Part shown: positions 40,769 to 51,818 of the stretch, one piece after another | Numbering within the stretch: position 1 is the first letter of the stretch | How the letters are laid out: each line of letters begins with the position of its first letter | NCBI RefSeq assembly: GCF_963853765.1 | Contig: NC_088858.1 | Span: 10,850,001 to 10,914,000 of the forward strand | DNA from: Magallana gigas | Lineage: Eukaryota | DNA length: 64,000 nucleotides | Direction of reading: 5' to 3' | Program-made: the position numbers and the translations under genes | Notes under the pieces: generated by a model | What the model saw: only the letters and a program-made list of their open reading frames with translations | Database searches by the model: none | What the model was told of the DNA's origin: nothing

Positions 40769-41279
40769 AATTTCTTTTCGAAAGTCTTCTTAAGATTATT
40801 TATCCTGGAGGAATAAATTTAGTTGCTATCCATTACATTTAAGTGTAATAATTTAATGAAAGAACTTGAATATAAACTTAAAAGCAATTTATACATGTTT
40901 ATATACAAATCAAAAGTCCCATCAATTCAAAGAAATGTAGCACTATATATATATGTATGCATGTATATGATCTATAAAACTGGTCTTTACTGACCACCTT
41001 TTTCAAAGCTACATCATGCAGTTAATAAGGGCTCCACTCTGCAGGCGCCCTTATAGCGACAAAATGTTTGTTCACCACAATAAAATGAGGCAATGTTATG
41101 TGACTGCCATCTATATTTTTTTTGTTATCAAGTAGCAAATTATAGACAGCAAAATGACAGCCATCATGTCTTTTCCATATTTCTTTTTTCCATCTATTAA
41201 TATACAAAATGAAGGTTTACCGGTATACTTTGCCATATCTTCAATGAAATAGTCCATAACAAGGCCAATATGTAATGTT

Positions 41280-42000
41280 ATTATCTCCCACTGACCCTAT
41301 CTGGCATATACTTCACATAAAAAGTGATCATTGGGTTAAGACTGTGCGATGACCTTTAACCAAGGTTTGATGTCAAAGGTTGGGGTCATCAAAAATCTAT
41401 AAATCTGGTTTTTGGCCATTAACCCAATCTTGCTAAGACTATAACAAAAGTTTGCCCATGTGAATCAGCTGTGCAGTGACCTTGAGTCAAGTTTATATGT
41501 ACCATGGGTCAAGGATGTCTGACATAAGTTTGAAATCCTTGTAAGGACCCTCTTTTTAGCTCACCTGAATTGAAGGTTCATGTGTGCTATTTAGCTTCCC
41601 TAAGCTGAAAGCTGGTGACATCGTCTGATCACATTTTGTCTGTTGTCTATGTGTCCGTAAGATTTTTAAATATTCAAAATAAGTCTGTAGCTGTGCAGTT
41701 AAACAACTGTTGTAAGAGATTAAAATGCATTGTCCTGTTCTTGTATGCTTACTTTTCAAATAAAATGACATGTAGAATGTCATACCATGGTATTTTTTGC
41801 TATCTGTTGGCACCATTTTAGGCAAGTTTAAGGCAGAAACAAGCCAGTTCAAGAAATTTTTACATTCTTATCCTCAAATATACTAGATGGCAAATTTCCC
41901 CTTAAACTTTCTTTCAAGTTCTTTTCTGGACAGATATCAAAGAAACACATGTATATCTGAAAAGATCATTCCTAATGAATTTCAGATCACCAGGTCAATA
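41280..42000. mobile_element. Degenerate Helitron/HINE fragments
   Basis: TTTTTAGCTCACCTG start at ~41553 and tgacctt/aaggtca-type core motifs. Confidence 0.5.
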
Positions 42001-43678
42001 CTCTAGCTATACTTTTAGATGTTCTCTCATTATTATGAAAAAACCTTGATAAAACTTGCAGTGCCAATAAGACCAAACCGGACAGAAAGTTAACTCAACT
42101 TAACCCTGGGCTTACTTTCGAGGTTTACCAGAGTAAACTCAAAATTCATTTTGACACAGAGTAAATCCGATCTAAAGTATACCTCTGAAAGCAGATGTTA
42201 CATGTGTTTTTGGAATATACATGGGGTAGCCAGGAATTCCATGCATTAAGATGGTAGTGCATAAAGTGAACCCCAAAAACAAACCCCGGGCAAGATGGCA
42301 AGTTTATGCAAATCAAGATACAGGTGATAAACATAACTGTATGTGTGAATTTGTCAAAAGCTTCATCACTTGAAAGTTTGTGTTTCTTAATCACTGCTGG
42401 TATCATTATAACTGAAAATGGACCATTTTGATCAGACTGCATTTCAATGCATTTGACACTAAATATTGGATTTAAAGAGGCTATAAGAGGTTTTTTTTTT
42501 TAAATTTCTTTGTGATCAAGCATAAATTGTACCTTCAAATGATGTTACCAACTACTCCATCAAGTATAACACTAAGTTATATATGTAACCAATGACTTTT
42601 ATTTATACAAGACATGAATACAGTGTACTGCAAGCATATTTTCTCTCTTTTTTTTTTATCAGAATGATAACTAAAATATGTACACTTCAGACCAGTTTAC
42701 TAAAAAAAACCATAATACACTGTATTAGAATTTATATAAAGACTGTAAGGTTCATTTTTAGTGGGAAAAAAAAATCTTTCCAAACTACATACACGAACAT
42801 GTAAATTAAAACATGCATTTCCTTATCAACATGTGATTCAAACCCATAATGACCTTTAAAAATACTATTGATGGTTTAAATTTAATAGCTTTTAATATCA
42901 ATAAATTCATGATTTTATTTATCTGGTATTTTTTTTTAGCTATTAACATATTATGACCATTTTTTAGATACAAAAGTATGACAAAATTGCACATAAATCA
43001 TAAGTCTTGATGAAATACTACAAAATCATAATACATGTACCGGTAGTATTAAAACTGGCCTATTTACATGTACCTTACACGTGAATGTAAAATACATATC
43101 AACATCAATACACGATTTCTTCAATAGAAAAAAAAAATGAAAATCTATTATTTTTTTTTTCAATAAAAAAACCCCCATAAAACAATTCTCAAACTTGCAA
43201 AATTTAAAATTTATGTTCATGCTGTACAATCTCATAAAACCTGCAAAAAAGTTTTAAAAAAAAAAAAAATCCCAGTTTAGAGAAAGAGCCAAAGCTCAGT
43301 TATTAATGGAAAAAAAACATCCATTTTTATTGATTATTCATTATAAAAGCTCTAAATTGTCCAAAAGTAGAATGACAGAAGTTCAATAAAGCTGACATCT
43401 TAATCCAATATAATTAATTCACAACCAGAAATAATTGTTCATTAGCTTTTCATGGAATTAAAGAGAAAAATTTGCTCTGATTTTTTTCTTCATACAAATC
43501 ATTTACTAAGTAATTCCTAAAGTATGCAAGATGTTATTTTTTTTCTTCTTCTTACCAATGGTTTCTAGCAAAACATACAGCTTTAAGTAATTCATGCCCA
43601 TAAAAAAGGTGGGGAATCAACAATAAATGCTCCATTTTGTGATCATCTACATGTACAATTATTTCAAACACCCATAAC

Positions 43679-46600
43679 TTATGCATTGTCTTCAATGCTT
43701 AGCTCAAATCCCTCAATTTCTGAAAACTCTGTGTTCATCTTTTCCATCCACTCATCAACTTTGGCATTCTGAAATAAACAGCAAAATTAACTTAACTCTT
43801 GAGGAATAAAAGGATATATATCTTATTTATCAAATATACTAATTAAATCCAATAAAGGGTCTTACATTGTCAAAAAAAAGGCTTTGGTAGACAGAGCTCT
43901 ACATGTTTTTGTAAACAAATTGAAAATTCATGATACAATAGGTTATGTTTATGAGCAAAAATATTTGGAACTATACTTTGATATAATTCTATCGAGTACC
44001 AAGTCAATGCAAAGTATATGATGACAAGACACAGTAATCTATACATGTACTTGTACATACTGCTTTCATTGTTTTCTTTTTCTCCAGTTTCCTTTTTGCA
44101 GGTTTGTATGACTTCTGAAAACTCCTGTTGACAGCTAAATCTGAGGGAGAAAATGTTAAACATTGAACTTGAACTCTAGCCATATAGATTTTGTTGTATT
44201 TTAAATTTATATAAGAAAATAGTCCAAAATACATTTCATCAGGTCAATAACAGTTGAATCTAAACTGAACAGAAAGTCCAATGTCTTTGACCATTTGACT
44301 GAACATATCATTAGGGGATTTAATTTTTACCAAAACATTATCATTAATCAGTATCAAAATGATTCATTATAAACTACAAGCTTTAAGGTATCGAAATAAA
44401 AGTAAAACTCTGTCCAATAAATAATGCATATTAATATGGAAAACAACATTTAAAGTTAAACCAACCTTCCTCTGTAGTAAATAACTCAATGTTCTGGGCT
44501 GTATTTTTGTCAATGTCTGTCATGCTGTCATCAAACGTCAGTTGGTGGGTAATGGAGTCCATAGAGGCGTAGTCAGAGAGGGGAGTAACAGGACCACTGG
44601 TGGAAGTCTTCTTCACAGGGGACACATTCAGTGAGGCTGGGTCACGATACGCATTCAGAGAAGTCTGAATGGGAACCATTGAAGGGTTAAATGGAGTGGA
44701 CACAGCCCGGGCCTTGAAATCTTTCTCTGCCACAACGTCTGGTGAAAGAAACATTCCGCTGTCTCTCGACTTTTCTTTCTTCAATAGCTTGTCTTTTGAA
44801 GTTGGAGTTACCTTTTTAATCTTTGGGGATTTTACAGATTGTGTTGGAGGAGGTTCTTGCTTTCTCTTTCTAAGCTGTCTCTGGGAACCTTCAACATTGT
44901 CAACTTCAAGTCTCTGTAGGGAAACCACTGGTGTAAAACTTGCTGGAATTATTTCAGAAACATTTGGAGAAAACGAAACATTCTTTCCTTTCAAGCTTGA
45001 TCTTATAATTGGACTTTCAATACTGTTTGTATGCAATACTGGACACGTGTCCATGGGTGAAGACTGTGACGGCGGTACTTTCTTATTTCTGGCTTTTTTG
45101 GGGACACTACTTTTGTTTTCAACTTTAGATGTGATTTTGGGAGGTGAATTTTTTGATTTGGCTGATTTCGACTTTGACACTGTAGTCTTTATTGGAGGTG
45201 ACCGTTTCCTCTTGGTTTTTGACTGTTTGAGAGATGATGTCATGGGTTCTGGATCCTCCTCATCGAAGTCATACAGACTGCTTTTGCTCTTGGAGGAGAC
45301 ACTGGTTGTGGTGTCTGATCCATCAGGACTGGTATTTTCCTCATCTCCATCATAAGCTTTATCTGGACTCTAAAATTGATGGATTTACATGTATATCAAA
45401 ATAGATTCAAATATAGAGTTAAATTATTCAAGAGCACAATAATTCATTATTTTTAGCATATCCTCATTAGCATAACGAACATGTGCAACCATTAACAACA
45501 TTAAGATGAGTTCCTGCTGTTGGGATTAAACTGTTTCTCTTTTCAAATATAACTTTGCATATTAAAGACATGGAACTTTTACATTACAGTAAGAAATGTT
45601 TTTATAGTCTGTCACAAGATATATGGATTTATGAAGCACATTTGAAAGATTTTTAATAAGAATACAAATACCTGTGAAAGAAATGCAATTGAAATCAATG
45701 AAAGGGAAAATATTTTGGATATTTTTCATTCACACATTATTTTTCATTCGGAAAAAGTCACAGGAACAAAAATTGATTTCTTGAATATGGAGATTTTTAA
45801 TTGGGAATGTTGACATTTTTTTTTCCATTCCATTTCCTGTGGTATTTACAAATATCTTGGGATAGAGTATAGTTTTAATCTGCTCGTATGAATGAGCCAA
45901 ACACAGAGATTTTGACTGTAAGCACCCTTTTTCTCTATATTTTTTAAAATCGTGATCATTTTTCACTCTTTTTAAATGCTATCTTGATTTATTATTGTTC
46001 TGCTATGCAAAGTTGGTTGTCAAATCTTTTTCATAGCAATAACAAAAACTATAGTCATACCCTTTTACTTCTTGCTTTGGTACTTGCAGGTTTCTTTTTG
46101 GGGTCATCTGTACTCTGTTGACAAAAAGTTTTTATAAAAAATGATATTCATCCATAATTTAAAACTGAATTTTCAATGTATAAAACACAACCTTGATATA
46201 TCATGTAATAATCAGTAATATAACAAAATTTAAACATACCAGGTATTTTTGGGACAACTTTGTTATAATTTTCAGTGTTTTTGAGTACTCTGATTCACTG
46301 GAGGAGGATTCTTCTGAAAAATAAAATTATCATCATGATCAACGGTATAAGTTTAAGGTCACAAATAGCTGCAGATCTGTGGCTCTCTGGTTGAAAAACC
46401 AGATCACAGTGTGCACTTATGTAACCAATTTTTCACTATTTGTGTAGATTAATTCACCCAAATTAATGTGGTATGAGACATTTGTTGATATAAATATGAA
46501 TGAAAGTACATTATAATCAAATTACTTTCACTGGTTTAGAATTTTTAAATTTGACACAAAGCATATGTTTTAAAAATTTTTGTAAACATAAAAATTGTAA

Positions 46601-46845
46601 AATCCCAGGCCAGATTAAAACTCATGACCTAGTTACAGATTCGTAGCTAACCGTCTAACCCACCGTGTTACACTGTTAGGTAGCAATTCTGGGAAAGGAC
46701 CTATTTATAAAATTACACTCTATTTTAATGTTTATTTCGATAAATAGTTTGCCATAACCTGGAAGTGTCCCACCTTAAATAATACAGGTTCAACCTGGAA
46801 ATGCGTTTCTAACAAATTTAGAAGGTATACAATGAACATTGTCAT

Positions 46846-46879
<34 letters not shown>

Positions 46880-46976
46880 GAAGGATAATTGTGTTTGCCA
46901 GGGGGGGTCCGAGGCATATTTTCGTGATAATTTTACTATGTAAATTTAATAAATTTTCATTTTCCAGGGGGGGTCG

Positions 46977-47011
<35 letters not shown>

Positions 47012-47568
47012 ATTGTTAAGTTAACATTTTATCACTGGGCTATAAATTTCTATCTATAACTAAATAAGCCAGTAAACAGGTACAAATGTAAATGTATGGC
47101 TAGGGAATGTAAGGCATGTACATATATATGTGTATCTATACATTACACTTAACATTTCTTCTGAGCCTATGTTATAAAAAAAAAAAATGATAAATGTGTC
47201 AATGAAATTATCTTGGAAAATATCCCTTTCAACTATTTCAATAGCACTTCTTTCACAGGTAAGTGTATTTTTATTAAAAATCGTCCAAACGTGAATCCAA
47301 AATATCTTATTAGAGAAGTTTCATATCATCCTAGCCGTACATTGCATTTACTTGTTCATTGATAGAAATTTAGAGGCCATGTATTGTGAACTTCACAATG
47401 CAATGTTTACTGATATGCATTGATAATCTGGTTACGGGATGTTCTATGCATAATGAGAGCAAATATTTTTTCTGTCGCATTATTACGCTAAATTAAACTT
47501 CGCTGAAGTCACGTACCTGTTTTGTTACCTTTGAGCGTACTCTGTCTGGTCTTTCTCCGCGTTGTCAT
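43679..47568 (-). CDS. CDCA5: Sororin (CDCA5) homologue, 6 exons, 417 aa
   Basis: Exons 47568-47517, 46313-46240, 46114-46061, 45369-44466, 44140-44061, 43768-43679 (1254 nt, phase-consistent). The body is low-complexity S/T/K-rich with many S/T-P sites. The C-terminus VDEWMEKMNTEFSEIEGFELSIE matches the Sororin C-terminal motif (human LDEWAAAMNAEFEAAEQFDLLVE), preceded by a basic patch. Confidence 0.85.
45605..45868. mobile_element. TA-flanked MITE, copy A3 (internally shortened)
   Basis: tagtctgtcacaagatat ... atatcttgggatagagta. The body is homologous to A1/A2. Confidence 0.75.
46357..46774. mobile_element. TTAA-bounded repeat with a decayed tRNA-like segment (Kolobok-like)
   Basis: Ends ...GTGTCCCACC|TTAA and starts TTAA|GGTC. 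The TIR match is weak. Confidence 0.4.
46843..47011. mobile_element. Short GC-rich MITE
   Basis: TIR CATGCGCGGATC / GATCCGCGCATG, flanking ATTGT duplication, and internal CCAGGGGGGGTC repeats. Confidence 0.85.
47190..47310. mobile_element. Fragment of MITE family A (reverse orientation)
   Basis: Near-identical reverse complement of ~4945-5040. Confidence 0.75.
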
Positions 47569-47580
47569 TTTGCACGGACT

Positions 47581-47624
47581 TCGCGTTTGTTTTGAAACTT
47601 CCGCGCTCCTATGATGCGCATGCG
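47581..47624 (-). promoter_or_regulatory. Sororin proximal promoter: CHR-like TTTGAA, ETS CGGAAGT, NRF1 TGCGCATGCG
   Basis: Motifs at 47591-47596, 47597-47603 and 47615-47624, within 60 bp of the ATG. Confidence 0.6.
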
Positions 47625-48449
47625 TAAGATCGCATACTAAACAAGTCATTCGTATAATATTTCGAACAAATTCTCAATGCACAAACAAAACTGATAATTT
47701 AGAGAAAAAAAAATTTATTTATCAAAATTTACACATATTTTATGACATCTTTACACAAATATATACACTTTAAAACTCTTGATAACCATTTCTTATATTA
47801 CAATCTTTCTCATAAATACCAATACTTATATGACAATGAATCTATACATTACATTTAACATTTCTTCTGAGCCTATGTTAATTCTTTAATCTTTACAACT
47901 TTTAATGATTCGTTCTCCGAAATCAAACAAAAGTTTAGACAAACTATGGCTCAATTTAGATTTAACCTAACAGTCTTTATTATCAATTGAAGCAATGTTG
48001 AGCTTCTTGTTTCTTTATCTTTCATAATAACAGACATTATAGTGAAAAATTAAATTTAGACCCCTGGTACATTCACAATGATTCAAAATGAGAATATGGT
48101 ACATGAAAACTCTCATCTGTGATTCTTACCACTTTTTTCTTATTAACAGCACAATATGTTTCACCCAAAGTTCTTTGATCTAATCTTAAATTTGCACTAT
48201 TTGTGTGAAAACAATATGATCTAGACTAAATGTTCACTTCTATATTATTTATTTGACTTTATTTTTTTTTTTTTAAATGACGATTGCTTAAAACACATTT
48301 TAAAACACATTAACATTTCAAAAAGTGCTCATACAGTGATGAAAATTATTCACAAACAATAGGCAGACATTTTAGAAAAAAGTTATGTTTGTAGAATTAT
48401 CCCTCCAATAATTCTTTTCATTCTATGCTCTGTAAACTGTCCTTTTCTT

Positions 48450-51400
48450 TCAAACTGATGTTTGTCTGTAGTTCTTGGTCTCAATGATCTTCTTGCCACA
48501 CATGGCACATATTCCTGAAACATTGATTATTCTATCTCATAAACACATTACCAAACACTTGATCAAATTTAGTTCTTGCTTCAAAAAATTCTTATGTATG
48601 AATCATATATATCTTCAGGCCACAAACTTATACAAGTTTCAGAGTTGGACCTAGATCTAGATGTTTAGACATAATTTTTGCAATTGAAGAAAAAGGAAAA
48701 AAAAAGGGGGGGGGGGATAAAAAACAAGTTTTCAAGACATTTCCTTATAAAATGAATTCAACTATTAAAACAACTTTTTCCAAAAGCAATAAAATATGCT
48801 ACCTTTCTTGTAGGCACATCCTAAAAAGAAAAAGACAGAAATTGTTAAGATATTGAAAAGTGAACATACATGTATTTTAAATAGTTTGAGTATACAAAAA
48901 TTAAAACATAAAACTGTTTACCTGAACCTAGATCTATAGCAAATATACATTGTAGTGTGTACACAATTTGTAAAGAAAAAATTTAATAAGCTAATAATGT
49001 GTGGTAATTTTGCACGTGACGTGAATTCATAACAATCACGAAAAAGTGTTTTGAAAAATTTAAAGTTTTATAAAAGGTAAAATAGTAATATGTAAAAATA
49101 AAAAAACAAAAAAAAAACACCCTAAAGCAGTACAACACCCAAAAGGTTTTAATAAATGTACACACAAGAATATGAGAATAATTAAAAAGTTATGGCATCA
49201 AAGAATTATAATCGAAAAGTATTACTTTGACATGTACTTAAAAATTGTTCTTGAAGATACAATCAGAAGTGTACAGAACAGGCCCCCATTCCCCTTGGCA
49301 ATGTTAAATCATCTTTTTATGACATCATGTATTTCTGAACAAACTCAACTGTACTTGTTGTAATAGATGAAGGGAATTATAACAAGTAGGCTAAAACTTG
49401 AGACCTTATGGTTTAAAACCAGTGTTCTTCCAACCTAGCTAGATGGTTAACCCATAGGCTAGGGCTTTTAAGAGTGTGACAGTACTAAGCTTATCATACA
49501 CACTATAGCTAATATACGTTTTCTTTTGAGATTTCTATCCCTTAGAAATCTCACACGAGACTCTTCAATCCACTCCACGTGGGTTATTTTGTTAGACACT
49601 AAGAGATTAGAAGAATGTCCACAAGTAAGCTCAAACTTTATCCCTTCTATGTTAAAACTCAATGCTCTAGCAATTAAACCAATGCCTTAGGGGGGTTAGG
49701 CCTGTCCTCTTACATATGTGGATGCAATATTTCTTTCTTTAATTTTTTATAAACTTACCTTGACAATAATGTGAGCCAGATTGATGTACAGAAGACTTAC
49801 AAATCCTGCATTTAGTGAAAGTCTGGTATGGAGTAAACCTAGAAAATTAATACAAACACTTGTACTAAAAGTTATCACAAATCTTTTCTTTTTATTCATA
49901 AGATCATTAAATACATGTATTTATTATATATCTTTATTCTTAATGTATTTATACATATATACCACACTCAAATAATACCTGTTTTTCTTTGATGTCAAAG
50001 CTTTGTTTTCATTGACCACTCTTCCTCCGCTTTCTGTAAATTGATGAAATATTAAACTGAATATATTATATATAATAAATATATATATCATACTCTGTCC
50101 CAAGATATCCTCACATAATGCTTTACTTTATTATTTGATATTCATAAATATTGATATCTCAGACCTCTAACAATGTTCATTCAATAATTCATAAATATGG
50201 AAAAACGAAAGATTTCTTCTTTGAAATGCACGAACATTCTAGCTTGTCAGATTTCAAAACACAACTAAAAATAAATGGTCTGTGGAGGTTTATATTACAA
50301 CAAGGACATAAATAATAATGAGATAGGCAACTCCTGGTGAAATCACCCCTTATCTGATTTCGTAGGTTAATTTCAACTTCATATATCTGTGATGTTACCA
50401 GATACAGTAAAATTCGGTTATAGCGAGGTCCTACAGACTGATGGATTTACTTCGTTATATCCGCAATTCGCTATTCCGTATAACAAATTTGTAATAATTT
50501 CTACATGTATAGCAAATTTACTATATACATGTATTCTTAGACCAGACCATAATTTTTGCTAATTGAGGCTTAGAATAAAAATACATTACTTTGATACCTT
50601 TAATAATTGGATTGTAAGTAAAAAAAATTATATGAAAATAAATTCATTCTTGAACTATTATGTTAAAGGGTAGTGCAAACTTTTTTAAATTGTAAAAACA
50701 TTCGTTATAAAAGAGTTAAATTTTGTTATAATTCACATCTAGGTGACTCAAAATAAGTTCGCTATATCCATAAATTCGTTATATCCAAATTTGTTATAAC
50801 TGTAAAAATCTGCAAAGATTTGTTAAGAATTTTACAGGGGACTCAAAAAGACTTCGCTATATCCAAGAATTCGCTATATATCCGTGTTCGTACTAAACGA
50901 GTTTTACTGTATATGAAATGAAATGTACCTTTAACAAACTATCTTAAAATTATTCTAGAATTTTTATCTATACTATATAACCCTAATCTGATCATAATTA
51001 CATGTACGACAGGGTGCTTAAAATCCCAACACCCATATTTGCTCCATTTCCGTGATTCCCTGAAAATTGATGTTTATTTTCTTTATATCTAATTTATTTT
51101 ACAATTACATGTAGATGATTAAAATCTTATGAAAATATCCCTTTTGCCAAGAGGAAATAATTAATTTTATCTAATCAATACCTTATACAAATAACAAAAT
51201 GACTCTCAATTATTTCCTTTGAGACAGTCCGAATGGTTTGATCACCACACAAGATAGCTTAATTAGTAAAACAAATGACTGCAGATTTAGAGGCTTGGGT
51301 TCGAATTCTGGTCAGATCTGATATTATTTCTCCAATCCAGTTAAACTTGTGTCAAAGAAGAAAAGTGATCATCAATATAAAATATGAATAACAATTATGA

Positions 51401-51722
51401 ACAAAATATACCTGTTGTATTTCTGGCCCCTGATTTCCATGGATCAGGTGTAATAACTTTCCCAAGCTTCTTTTGACCTACAAATACATCATACTATCTT
51501 TTCCAAACAAATATTTTACTACAATAATCATTTTATAAACAAAACATACCAAGAACTTTTAATCATTTTTGTTTCGTACAAATAACATAATATCTGTTAT
51601 TCTTTAATTATGTCGATTTCAAAAATATAAGCCAATACTAATTAGTTATTGCTACAAAACGTTTTACCTACATTTTTCACAAACAACTACAAAACGTCTT
51701 ACTTACATTTTTCACAAACCAT
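48450..51722 (-). CDS. CRIPT: Cysteine-rich PDZ-binding protein, 6 exons, 99 aa
   Basis: Exons 51722-51707, 51477-51412, 50033-49979, 49838-49759, 48820-48803, 48514-48450. Translation: MVCEKCQKKLGKVITPDPWKSGARNTTESGGRVVNENKALTSKKNRFTPYQTFTKCRICKSSVHQSGSHYCQGCAYKKGICAMCGKKIIETKNYRQTSV, with the C-terminal QTSV PDZ ligand. Confidence 0.97.
50405..50909. mobile_element. Tc1/mariner (pogo/Tigger-like) MITE
   Basis: TA|CAGTAAAATTCG ... CGAGTTTTACTG|TA, with internal TTCGTTATATCC repeats. Confidence 0.85.
51245..51345 (+). mobile_element. Decayed tRNA-derived SINE head
   Basis: TAGCTTAATTAG A-box and GGTTCGAATTC B-box. Similar to 58242-58331. Confidence 0.5.
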
Positions 51723-51818
51723 TTTCACAACAATAATAAACAGCAGGAAATGTCAAGTAGAAACATAATATAAAAATTGGGAAATGTAAAATGCGATATT
51801 CCGGGAGATAACTACATA
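51723..51818. promoter_or_regulatory. 96-bp bidirectional promoter between CRIPT and the asparaginase gene
   Basis: Divergent ATGs at 51722 and 51819. A TACATTTCCCA (ZNF143/SBS-like) motif lies on the minus strand at 51778-51788, plus an AACTACA and a GGAA core. Confidence 0.7.

Noticed and set aside
44669-45355. 228-aa plus-strand ORF
   Set aside because: Antisense shadow of the long Sororin exon, with no independent motifs.
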